A stretch of 64,000 nucleotides of DNA, taken from an uncultured cyanobacterium (lineage in GTDB: Bacteria > Cyanobacteriota > Cyanobacteriia > PCC-9006 > JAAUQQ01). The position numbers were made by a program, and so were the translations under genes. Every line of letters begins with the position of its first letter. Position 1 is the stretch's first letter. This document shows positions 30,042-40,029 of the stretch, one piece after another. Under the pieces are notes generated by a model, which was given only the letters and a program-made list of their open reading frames with translations, had not been told where the DNA came from and did no database searches. Location of the stretch: assembly GCA_963718615.1 (NCBI GenBank), contig OY970368.1, forward strand, positions 1,664,001-1,728,000, given 5' to 3'.

Positions 30042-30390
30042 ATTTGTCTCGCCCAGCAAAAGTTACTCGGCAAACGCTAGGTTGCGTGACGTGTCGGCAG
30101 GTGATTGGCGCTTGCTCTGAATCTTTCTCTGAATTTTCTTCTGATGCTTTCTTGCAGTCTCTTAGCCCATGCCATGGTAGATTTTCGTGGCACTCATTTG
30201 GCCATCGCTATCATTGTCGTCTGGCTAAAGTTATAAATAGTCTAAGTTCATGGGAAAAACTTGAGCTTAAAATCATCCTTTGTGAAACACAAGTTGCAAC
30301 CAGAGTGCCATTCCCTCAAGGTCTAAATCAGAGAGAATTAAGTTATGCCATCTAGCCATGCTAGTTCAGTAACGTTCAGTAACGATTCCC

Positions 30391-31092
30391 ATGAATACCC
30401 ATCAATACCCAGCTCAAAGCCAAGCCTATTGCGATCCTCAGGGCGATCGCTTTCCTCTAATAACCCGTTTCCAACATCTTGCCAATCATCATCTACCTAA
30501 GGCTTTATTATCTGCCTCTCTTCTCCTACTTATCCCGCTTAGCGGTTGTCAAATCGAACGAGAACAAGCGGGGCGACTGCCTGAGGTCGATGTTGATCCA
30601 GGTCGTTTGCCTGAATATGACATTAATGGACCCGATGTGAATGTTGGGGTCACAGAACGAACCGTTACAGTACCTAAGCTTATTGTTATTCAAGAAGAAG
30701 AAACAGTTCAGGTTCCCTATATTGACGTTGATGTTCCTGGTGCGGAACGTCAAGAACGTACGATTACGGCAGAAGTTGAGGTTCCTTCCAATGGCTACGA
30801 TCTAAATATTCAAGAAATCTACTCAGTGGATGGCGAACTTTGGGTTATTTCTAGACTAGTTGAAGAAAATCCAAACGCGCCCGAGACCTCCATGCGCGTC
30901 TCCGATCGCATCGTTTTCAATGCACCTGACATGCCAGTTCGACATTATGTTATTGGCGATCGACCTGCCGGTACCTACAATGAACAATACACGTTTATCG
31001 ACAACCTTGAAGAAATCAATAGCCAGCTTGCGGCAGGACGGCAGCTTTATACTCAGCAAGCATTTCTACCGGGCACCCTCAAGCTTTCATAG
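30391..31092 (+). CDS. Hypothetical lipoprotein
   Basis: Hydrophobic stretch plus lipobox LSGC; duplicated GRLPE motif; start codon uncertain. Confidence 0.7.
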   Translation: MNTHQYPAQSQAYCDPQGDRFPLITRFQHLANHHLPKALLSASLLLLIPLSGCQIEREQAGRLPEVDVDPGRLPEYDINGPDVNVGVTERTVTVPKLIVIQEEETVQVPYIDVDVPGAERQERTITAEVEVPSNGYDLNIQEIYSVDGELWVISRLVEENPNAPETSMRVSDRIVFNAPDMPVRHYVIGDRPAGTYNEQYTFIDNLEEINSQLAAGRQLYTQQAFLPGTLKLS

Positions 31093-31118
31093 GTTCTTCG
31101 GGAATAATGGATTTTGAC

Positions 31119-31179
31119 CATAGAGGGAATCAATTTGACAACCCTCCGGCAGAACCCGAAAGGACCTATGATGAATCTC
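31119..31179 (+). repeat. Copy 2 of the degenerate direct repeat
   Basis: CATAGAGGGAATCAATTTGACAACCCTCCGGCAGAACCCGAAAGGACCTATGATGAATCTC. Confidence 0.75.
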
Positions 31180-31352
31180 GGTCAACAATTTTGACCAGTG
31201 ACACCAGACAAATATGAGTCTGGTGAATCTTGCCACTTGAAACGGTTAGACGAGCTTCTCTTACCTGTAATTGATACCTGTAACTGAATTCCTCGAAGTT
31301 TCTGGCCCTGCTTGGTTAACGGAACTGTTGAATACACCACGAGGAGACTGTT

Positions 31353-31661
31353 ATGTCGATTGCCCTTGGAATGATTGAGACCCTCGGTTTTCCGGCGGTT
31401 GTTGAAGCTGCGGATGCCATGGTCAAGGCTGCTGAGGTCACCCTCGTGGGCTATGAAAAAATCGGCAGCGGTCGTGTCACGGTGATGGTGCGGGGCAATG
31501 TGTCGGCAGTGCAGGCTTCCATGGCGGCGGGTCTGGCGGCGGTGAAACGGGTGGCTGGGGGAGAGCAGCTTTCTAACCACATCATTGCTCGTCCCCACGA
31601 AAATCTGGAGTATGTCTTGCCCATTCGCTACACGGAAGCGGTGGCTCAATTTAGATCCTAG
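31353..31661 (+). CDS. ccmK: Carboxysome shell hexamer (BMC-H), CcmK1/2-like, stand-alone
   Basis: [26 protein letters not shown] pore motif, [18 protein letters not shown]; GAGGAG RBS. Confidence 0.95.
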   Translation: MSIALGMIETLGFPAVVEAADAMVKAAEVTLVGYEKIGSGRVTVMVRGNVSAVQASMAAGLAAVKRVAGGEQLSNHIIARPHENLEYVLPIRYTEAVAQFRS

Positions 31662-31714
31662 TCCCGATCACAGTCTGACTGGATTCAAGTTAAACAATTG
31701 AAGGCCAGCCTCAA

Positions 31715-31741
31715 AGCCGGGTCCCGATCTGAAACCCGGCT
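31715..31741. terminator. Hairpin between convergent ccmK and por
   Basis: AGCCGGGT / ACCCGGCT 8-bp stem. Confidence 0.45.
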
Positions 31742-31791
31742 CCTCAGACTGATCAGACGAAGACCTTGGAGTCATACAGGCTAGGCTAAAC

Positions 31792-32763
<972 letters not shown>

Positions 32764-32911
32764 TTAAAAAATAGTTAGTCATCGTTGGTTATCTTCAGAA
32801 TCCTATACCACTTCAGCGGCGACCTGAATCCCTTGCAAAATCTTGTATTGTAATCGTTTGGTCAATCGTTTGGATAGAGCGATCGCCAATCATACCCAAT
32901 GCCTAAACTCC

Positions 32912-34249
32912 TCAACCCCACCATTGCAGAAATTCATCCCACTGGGTGTTGGCCGCAAACTGAGAATTTGTGGGGGTATAGCTTGGATCCATGAACTCAC
33001 CCATGCCGGGTAGATAGATGCCTAAGCCCGTTGCATTAGATGTATTGCCTGCGAAGTTGTCGAAAACGGTGAGATTATAAACTGACAAAACGGTTTGGAC
33101 CGATGCTTTCACAGCGCTGCTCACCATGGGACTGTTGAGAAGATTGGAGAGAAAATTACCAAGATCAACGGAGTTGTAGTACCAGGCATCCTCCCCGCCA
33201 AAACGGGTGGATTGCGATCGCGCGATGTTCAATCCCATCAAATCAAGCCGTCCAGAACTCCCCATCATCACCGTAGCAAAATTGCTCAGGGCATTGCCCA
33301 AATTATCCAGTTGTGTTAAGTCGATGGCTGAGAGCGTCAGGTTATTATTAGCGGTATAAAAGTCAGCATAGGCATCCACAATTACAGAACCGAGAGCCCT
33401 GGCATCCATTTGGGGGTTGGCAGACAGGTCACTTAAAATCCTGGTGTAATCCCAACCGTCCCCTGGCTCTAACTCTTCGGAACCGACAAACACTGAAGCG
33501 GAATTACGAATTTGGTAGGCAAACTCGGTCATGCCCATGAGACAAGCATCGGCACCCACGAGATCAAGGTCAGAACTGCTGGCCAGGGCATTACTCACTT
33601 CGTTGGCACTGAGGAAATCATACCCACTCGAATCATCACCGGCGATCGTATTCCAGCCACCCCCATGGTTCCAGAGAACCACCGCATAGTTTTCAGCTTG
33701 GTAGTTCGTTGTGCCCCATTGGATAAAGTCCGTGAGCGTCGCCTGATCGCCCATGTTGACCTCGCCCAGATCCGTGCCCCAACCGGCGGTGGGTAAATCC
33801 CCAGCTTGGACCAATCCCCGACGGGTCCTAGTCCAGTTGTCATAGGAACTGTCGTAACCGTCGATGCGATCCATTTGCACCACGATGTTGAGGTCGGCAT
33901 TGGATCCGACCGCCGCCATTTCGAGAAAGTCATCGATCGCAGCAGTCTCCAAGTTGTTATCCCCATCGAGATAGATCAGGATTGTCCAATCCGCTAGGGA
34001 ATCGGTAACAAGAGATGCTGTTGGGATGTCTTCCGTGATGTCTGAGAGAGAACTGGGGGCGATCGCATGAGTCATCAAGCTGCTGCCCTGGATGCCGAAG
34101 GGTTTGCTCCCTAAGCCATAAACACCGAGATCAACCCCAAGGGAGGATAGCTGATCCAAATTCGAGGCAGCGCTATCCAAGGAGGAAAAGCCCAAAATCG
34201 AACGAAGTTCTAGTGCCATGAGCGGACATCCCTGTGGTGTAGATGACAT
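32912..34249 (-). CDS. Clostripain-like cysteine peptidase (C11)
   Basis: WTILIYLDGDNNLE, EVNMGD, LWNHGGGW (His), DACLMG (Cys), GSEELEPGDGWDY; start uncertain. Confidence 0.88.
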   Translation of the reverse strand: MSSTPQGCPLMALELRSILGFSSLDSAASNLDQLSSLGVDLGVYGLGSKPFGIQGSSLMTHAIAPSSLSDITEDIPTASLVTDSLADWTILIYLDGDNNLETAAIDDFLEMAAVGSNADLNIVVQMDRIDGYDSSYDNWTRTRRGLVQAGDLPTAGWGTDLGEVNMGDQATLTDFIQWGTTNYQAENYAVVLWNHGGGWNTIAGDDSSGYDFLSANEVSNALASSSDLDLVGADACLMGMTEFAYQIRNSASVFVGSEELEPGDGWDYTRILSDLSANPQMDARALGSVIVDAYADFYTANNNLTLSAIDLTQLDNLGNALSNFATVMMGSSGRLDLMGLNIARSQSTRFGGEDAWYYNSVDLGNFLSNLLNSPMVSSAVKASVQTVLSVYNLTVFDNFAGNTSNATGLGIYLPGMGEFMDPSYTPTNSQFAANTQWDEFLQWWG

Positions 34250-34304
34250 TGACTAGAGCGAGTCTCAATCGCCCCTAGTTGTCTATCCGTTAGAAAGCCG
34301 CTGA

Positions 34305-34469
34305 TTATTCAATGATCCGCTGTTCGGACCCGGTATGCAGCCGCTTCACCACGCAGCGCCGCCCGGAGGGCAAATGGGTATCTTCTTCTGCCAGAAAGGT
34401 TTCGCCAAAGCCCCCTTGGCTGAGGGGCTGGAGCAAACGATAGCGGTGGTTGAGCAACGTCTCGGCCAT
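34305..34469 (-). pseudogene. Truncated Ser/Thr protein kinase N-terminus (54 aa)
   Basis: Own translation MAETLLNHRYRLLQPLSQGGFGETFLAEEDTHLPSGRRCVVKRLHTGSEQRIIE*: glycine loop and subdomain II Lys only. Confidence 0.8.
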
Positions 34470-34562
34470 GGCAATCTGACAAAATGGTAGCCTTCAGACT
34501 ATTTGCCACTGGCCGAGCCAGCTATGATAAGCCTGTCGATGTTTTAGTTTAGCGCAGTAACA

Positions 34563-34973
34563 ATGACAACCCACAGCGAATTCTGGTCTCAGTATGCCAA
34601 GCTGTTTTGTTCCGATGCCTTAAATCAGTGGGGAGAGCTGTGGCAGCCCGACGGCCAGTTTACCGTAGCTTATCCATTGGGTGGGATGCCTGCAACGATT
34701 ACAGGGCGAGAGGAAATCGTCAAGGGAATGAAGTTATTGGCCAAACTGGTTAAGAGTATTGAAGTTCTCGACTCTGTTGTTTTTAGTACAACTGATTCCA
34801 GTGTCTTCTTTGTGGAATACAATTTGGTGATTAAAACCCGTGCCCGAGACCCCTACGAAAGCCCGATTGTGAGCAAGGTGACGCTTCAGGACGGCAAAAT
34901 TGCTGAACTTAAGGAATATTATGATTCCCAAGCCTATCAGCGATTTATGACCACCATGGGGTTTAGAGCCTAA
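34563..34973 (+). CDS. SnoaL/NTF2-like protein (PhzA/B-like)
   Basis: ITGREEI, FVEY, LQDGKIAELKEYYD. Confidence 0.85.
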   Translation: MTTHSEFWSQYAKLFCSDALNQWGELWQPDGQFTVAYPLGGMPATITGREEIVKGMKLLAKLVKSIEVLDSVVFSTTDSSVFFVEYNLVIKTRARDPYESPIVSKVTLQDGKIAELKEYYDSQAYQRFMTTMGFRA

Positions 34974-35378
34974 TTTAGCGCATCCAAGGATTGGAGGATA
35001 ATGGGTAATGGGTAGTAAAAGCATCTTATCTATGATGATCTATGACGACCTTTTACCTTTTACCTATTTCCTATGACCTATCTTTAAAAACTGAGCTGTC
35101 ATCTGCTAAGACCCATAGCACGACATCTCCTGGTTGATTAACGTCGGATGTGCACTGTGCTGGCTTTTAGCCCTTAAATTGCTTCTAGGGCTACTTTCGG
35201 CTTAAACTCAGGACTATACTGACGTCGTTTCTTACATCTCTTTTACTCCTATCATTTTCCGGAGATTCAGCCCTTAGCCTACTGTCCAGTTTTTGGAATC
35301 CATGATAGTAAGAGCATTTCGGCATCCTGAGGAGTGAATTATGATGAAAATATCTAAGCGGTGGTGTGAGATTCTCCC

Positions 35379-36104
35379 ATGCTGCTGTGGAAAGTTCCTG
35401 GCGAGCCGACTCCTGACATGTATGACGACGAATCATCTTTAATCCCGACGACGGCCAATCCTGAATTGCAGACGGCCCTACGTTGGTGGCAATCTCGCTG
35501 GTCTATGGTTGCGACCCAACAAGCAGAAGGGATTCGAGATGGCCTGTTACAAGAAGTATTCGCACTCAGACGGGAGCTAGAACTTAGCTCACTCGCGACC
35601 ACCCCTCCAGACTCAAACCGTCTCCAGGGCTGGATTCATACACTAGAAGACCTCCATCAACAACTCGATAATTTAGGCGATCAGCTCTCGCCACCCTATC
35701 AAACCGATGATCTGGCTCTTGCAATTCAGGATTTATTGGGGTATTGGCAAAAGAAGCATCCAGTGATCCACGTCAAGATGGGAGTCTTATCTCAAATTAA
35801 GATGAATAATTCTGAGTTCAACCGTGTTGTCTTATTCGCCATAGAGCAGCTATTGCTTTTAATCGTGCGCATTGAAGATGTGATCATGATACGGATTGAG
35901 TTGGTTGCAAAAAGCACGGATCTTGTGCTAAGTGTAATTGTGAACCGAAGCAGGTCAAAATCCCCACTCCCTGAGTCAGTCTTGGCTGAGCTGGGATGCT
36001 TGCAAGAGGTGTTGCCAATCTTGACCTGTGGACGGTTGATCTCCCGGCCAGGAGCCCAAGGCGTCAGCTATGAATTTTGTTGGGCCAACCTAGAGCCATA
36101 CTGA
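35379..36104 (+). CDS. Degenerate histidine-kinase-like protein (pseudo-HisKA_3 plus reduced HATPase)
   Basis: AEGIRDGLLQ..FALRR resembles the H-box IHDxxxQ without His; LSPPY linker; no DxGxG; lies upstream of a NarL-type regulator. Confidence 0.6.
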   Translation: MLLWKVPGEPTPDMYDDESSLIPTTANPELQTALRWWQSRWSMVATQQAEGIRDGLLQEVFALRRELELSSLATTPPDSNRLQGWIHTLEDLHQQLDNLGDQLSPPYQTDDLALAIQDLLGYWQKKHPVIHVKMGVLSQIKMNNSEFNRVVLFAIEQLLLLIVRIEDVIMIRIELVAKSTDLVLSVIVNRSRSKSPLPESVLAELGCLQEVLPILTCGRLISRPGAQGVSYEFCWANLEPY

Positions 36105-36145
36105 GGCCTACTGCAAAATCTCCTCCATCTATATCATAAAAAAAT

Positions 36146-36847
36146 ATGAATTCTCCTCGAAAAAGAACGTTTATTGTCGTTGATGATCATGAATCAGTAC
36201 TAAAGGGAACGATCGCTATTTTACAAACATACTACCCTGATGCTGAACTTCTAGAGGCACAACATGGTCAGCATGCACAAGAACTTGTACAAAGTCTACG
36301 ACCTGACTTAGTGTTAAGTGACCTTTCCATTCCTCTCAATTTTGGAACTGAGGCTCAACTGGAAAATGGCTTGAATTTCTTACGTTGGTTGATGGAAAAC
36401 TATCCAACGATTAACATTCTAGTGCAAAGCGCCCATGTCAGAACATTAGTTAGACTTAAATCGGCGATCGCTTCTCACCAAGGTGGTTTTGCCGTTGCAG
36501 ACAAAAGCTTACCCCTCAAAGATATGATGAGGCGTGTTGATTTGGTGCTGGATGGAGGGAGTTTTACACCTCCAGAAATCCGTTCTGGTATTGAAATTAA
36601 GTCCGAATGGCTAAAGGTTTTAACATTGGCTTTTCAAGAGGGTCTACAGGATAAGGCGATCGCGATCAGAATGAATGTAGCGGAACGAACCGTACGCCAC
36701 TACTGGACTAAAATTCAAGATGTTTTAGAAGTCTATCCTGCTGAGAAAGATGCAACGAAAGAAAAAGATCAAATACAAGAAAAAGATCTAAAAAATATTC
36801 GAATTCAAACTGAACTCAGAGCCCGCGAAGAAGGCTTGATTGATTAA
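36146..36847 (+). CDS. NarL/LuxR-type response regulator
   Basis: VVDDH, PDLVLSDLSIP (Asp present), GLQDKAIA..MNVAERTVRHY HTH. Confidence 0.9.
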   Translation: MNSPRKRTFIVVDDHESVLKGTIAILQTYYPDAELLEAQHGQHAQELVQSLRPDLVLSDLSIPLNFGTEAQLENGLNFLRWLMENYPTINILVQSAHVRTLVRLKSAIASHQGGFAVADKSLPLKDMMRRVDLVLDGGSFTPPEIRSGIEIKSEWLKVLTLAFQEGLQDKAIAIRMNVAERTVRHYWTKIQDVLEVYPAEKDATKEKDQIQEKDLKNIRIQTELRAREEGLID

Positions 36848-36909
36848 GAAGAATTCATTGACGAAGATTGATATCTTGTGGTCAAGATAGGTTGAGGAGA
36901 ATAAGTCTG

Positions 36910-38829
36910 ATGCGCTACCCGCAAGAGTCAAATCTATCAGCATTTCAGGGCAGGACTTTAGGGCTGATTCCAGGGGTCATGGCTATTTTAGCCGTTGCTG
37001 GGTTTCGATTGTTTGGAGGGCTACAACCATTAGAATGGAAGGCGTTGGATGTCTTGATGCGGTTACGGCCAACTGAAATCCGTGATGAGCGCATTACCAT
37101 TGTGGCGATCGACGAGACGGATATTGTTGAGCAGCTTAAGACATATCCCATTTCGGATGACCAATTGACAGCTCTTTTGAAGGCGATCGCATCCTACCGA
37201 CCTCGGGTGATTGGACTCGATATCTTTCGTGATTTACCCGTTGAACCAGGCCATGCTCAACTCACTCAGGTCTTTAAGCAAACCCCAAATATCATTGGCA
37301 TTGAACGCATTCTTTCACCCCCTGTAACAGGTCCTCCCTCCCTTCCCCAAGAGCAGATTGGATTTGCTGATGCCTTACTCGATGAGGATGGGTTTCTGCG
37401 CCGTAGCCTCCTTGGGGTATCTCATCTTAAGCAAGAGTACCGACTTTCGTTCACCATTCAAGTCGCCCAACATTATCTCAAATCTAAGGAGATTAGCCTG
37501 GAGAATGGCCTGCGAGATTCAGAGGCAATGCGGTTCGGAAATGTAGAACTGCATCGCTTCCGGCCAAATACGGGTGGATATGTCAATGCAGATTCGGAAG
37601 GGAATCAAATCTTAGTCAATGTCCGCAGTGGCAAGCAACCCTTTCGACGGGTCTCTCTAGGTCAGGTGATGGCGGGCAAGGTACAGCCAGAATGGCTCAA
37701 GGATCGTATTGTTCTTGTTGGGGTTGTGGCTCCTAGTGCTAAAGATTTTGTCAATTCTGGAGCCATTCAAAGCAGTAATTCAGGACTCATACCGGGGATC
37801 GAATTTCAAGCCCATGCAATTAGCCAATTAACGAGCGCAGTCCTGGACAAGCGACCGCTATTGCATTCCTTTCCAGATGTTTGGGAGTATCTGGCGATTG
37901 TGCTAGGAGGGGTGTTGGGGCTCGGATTTGTAAAGTGGAGGCGATCGCCCCTTCAGCAGCTTATTAATATAACTTTAGGCCTTTTAGGCTGCATAGGAAT
38001 TAGCTATATTTTCTTATGTTTTGGACTCTGGCTTCCGATTATTCCAGTGGGATTAGTTTTTTTATTGAATGGAACCATAGCCTATAGTTTTTATCTGTAT
38101 GAGCAGGGGATTCGTGCGCAGATTCGAGAGCGTCAAACCCTGATTGAACAGGTCTTTGGAGCAATTCACAATGGTCCTCTACAGTCGTTAGGCTCGATTC
38201 AGCGGCAGTTAGATGAGACAGACTGGTTACCTCAGGATTTTAAACGGGAAATAGCATCGGTAGATGATACTTTGCGAAAAATTTATGAAGATCTTCGTCA
38301 AAAAACTGTATCTCAGGGGACAAGTGTTTATTTAACTCGTAATTCTGGAGGTGATATCAATCTACTGCTCCACGAGCTGCTAGAAGAAATTTATTTTAAG
38401 ACGATGGAACGTAACTTTCCCTGTTTTAAATCCATTAAGATAAAAATCAAGGATTTAGGACCCTTGGCTGAGGAGAATCTGAGTCTTACCCACAAACAGG
38501 CGATCGCACATTGGTTTGAAGAAGCATTATGCAATGTTGGCAAATACGCAACTAATACCACCAGACTGACTGTAACGAGCCAGCAATGCGATGGGTACAA
38601 CATCATCCAAGTCATCGATAATGGAATGGGACTGCACGCAATTCAGGAGCCAAGGAGATTAAAATCGCTAGGGGGCTATGGAACAAAGCAAGCAGAGCAG
38701 CTAGCGTTCCAGCTTGGGGGTAAGTTTCAACGATGTTCAGCGAAGCCCAAGGGAACCCACTGTGAGCTTCGTTGGCCGATTCGGCCATCATTCTGGGTGA
38801 GACTTGGCCGTTTTCTGTCAGGGGCATAA
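36910..38829 (+). CDS. CHASE2-domain sensor histidine kinase
   Basis: TM, IVAIDETDI, PRVIGLDIFRDLPV, DEDGFLRR, IPGIEFQAH, further TMs, H-box AIHNGPLQ, N-box EEALCNVGKYA, DNGMG, GGYGT. Confidence 0.9.
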   Translation: MRYPQESNLSAFQGRTLGLIPGVMAILAVAGFRLFGGLQPLEWKALDVLMRLRPTEIRDERITIVAIDETDIVEQLKTYPISDDQLTALLKAIASYRPRVIGLDIFRDLPVEPGHAQLTQVFKQTPNIIGIERILSPPVTGPPSLPQEQIGFADALLDEDGFLRRSLLGVSHLKQEYRLSFTIQVAQHYLKSKEISLENGLRDSEAMRFGNVELHRFRPNTGGYVNADSEGNQILVNVRSGKQPFRRVSLGQVMAGKVQPEWLKDRIVLVGVVAPSAKDFVNSGAIQSSNSGLIPGIEFQAHAISQLTSAVLDKRPLLHSFPDVWEYLAIVLGGVLGLGFVKWRRSPLQQLINITLGLLGCIGISYIFLCFGLWLPIIPVGLVFLLNGTIAYSFYLYEQGIRAQIRERQTLIEQVFGAIHNGPLQSLGSIQRQLDETDWLPQDFKREIASVDDTLRKIYEDLRQKTVSQGTSVYLTRNSGGDINLLLHELLEEIYFKTMERNFPCFKSIKIKIKDLGPLAEENLSLTHKQAIAHWFEEALCNVGKYATNTTRLTVTSQQCDGYNIIQVIDNGMGLHAIQEPRRLKSLGGYGTKQAEQLAFQLGGKFQRCSAKPKGTHCELRWPIRPSFWVRLGRFLSGA

Positions 38830-39003
38830 CCAAATTTGGGCTCAGAGACGGCTAGTTTGAGCCTGAGGCTTGGTCAGGGAGGGAGGTGTAATATCCGGAG
38901 CGAGCTTCTAGGGTAGAGGAGTAGAAATTATGATGACAAGCATATTCAACTCAGGTTCTGTGTATTCGTATCTCGCAAGATGAGTTTTTAGAGGACTGTT
39001 CCA

Positions 39004-39708
39004 ATGATGCGGTGGACAAGGACGTCGGCTTCCCTTTTGTTAATCTCAGGTCTGTGGGCAGTTCTAGCGGCTCCCGGATGGGCTGGGTATAAGCCTCCTC
39101 GACAGGCCTCTCGCCCAAAGTCGCCCAGTACCACGACGGGAACGCGGGGCTGTTCCAGTCAATCGACAGCAATGTTGATGGCGATCGCCCCTCAACAACA
39201 TGTTGGACAAACCACTTCGGTCTATCCGACATTTGTCTGGTTTATGCCGGATGAAAAGCCGTATTTGATGGAATTCGAGCTGTATGAATTGACGACGACG
39301 GGCCGTAAGAACCTGATGCGTCAGTCTATGCAAAGTCAGTTTGGTTTGATGCAGCTAACGTTACCCAAGGATCAGGCGGCGCTTGTGCCTGGAAAGCAGT
39401 ATCTATGGCAGGCGATCGCCTATTGCAACAAGAATCGACCTTCTAGTGCCCTTGTGGCAAAGGCGGAGCTAACGGTTCAAAAGCCTGAAGCTGGATTAAC
39501 GAACATCCTGGCGGTAACGACGGATCCCCTAACTCGTGCTGAGCAATACGCCGAAGCAGGGTTTTGGTATGACGCGATGCGAGAGGCAATGCAAGATCAA
39601 GGATCTAAAGGTAAAGCAATGCAGAATGCATTGTTGCAGGATTTGATCCAATTTCAAGAATCAAAATCACAGCCTAATCTGAAACAAGTTCTCTTGCTTC
39701 TTAAGTAG
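39004..39708 (+). CDS. DUF928 domain secreted protein
   Basis: Signal peptide, GTRGC, GQTTS.YPTF.WF.P, L.PGK.Y.W, YAEAGFWYDA. Confidence 0.9.
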   Translation: MMRWTRTSASLLLISGLWAVLAAPGWAGYKPPRQASRPKSPSTTTGTRGCSSQSTAMLMAIAPQQHVGQTTSVYPTFVWFMPDEKPYLMEFELYELTTTGRKNLMRQSMQSQFGLMQLTLPKDQAALVPGKQYLWQAIAYCNKNRPSSALVAKAELTVQKPEAGLTNILAVTTDPLTRAEQYAEAGFWYDAMREAMQDQGSKGKAMQNALLQDLIQFQESKSQPNLKQVLLLLK

Positions 39709-39745
39709 TTTGCGTTAGCTCTGAACTGAATGGTTGCCGAACCTA

Positions 39746-39790
39746 AAAATAAGCACCAAGTGTAGATAAGTCTACTCTAGTGCTTATTTT
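39746..39790. terminator. Long imperfect hairpin after the DUF928 gene
   Basis: AAAATAAGCAC...GTAGA-TAAG-TCTAC...GTGCTTATTTT. Confidence 0.6.
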
Positions 39791-40029
39791 CTATGGCATT
39801 TATTTCCCAGACGACTTTGTCTCTATGCTTGATTTTTCGAGCTAACCAGTTGGCTTTGCTGTTTTCTGCAATTCATATCGCTGAAAATAATATTTTTGCT
39901 TCTACTTTTCGGACAAGAATACTATCTCCACCTCGTTTATCTTAAGGATATCGAAAGAGCACGATAGAGAGAATTCAACTGAAACAAAATACAAAGTTTT
40001 AGCCTAATTCTATCGATCTCTTAGATTCA

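Noticed and set aside
29880-30059. 60-aa N-terminal extension of the ECF sigma factor
   Set aside because: It runs through the intergenic repeat with no sigma-like features; ATG 29879 gives a normal ECF length
35000-35080. Short heptamer-like tandem repeats (also 28388-28420)
   Set aside because: Ordinary cyanobacterial STRR-type intergenic repeats with few degenerate copies
36742-36792. Triple EKD repeat in the response regulator tail
   Set aside because: Small in-frame duplication in a probable loop, with no evidence of function
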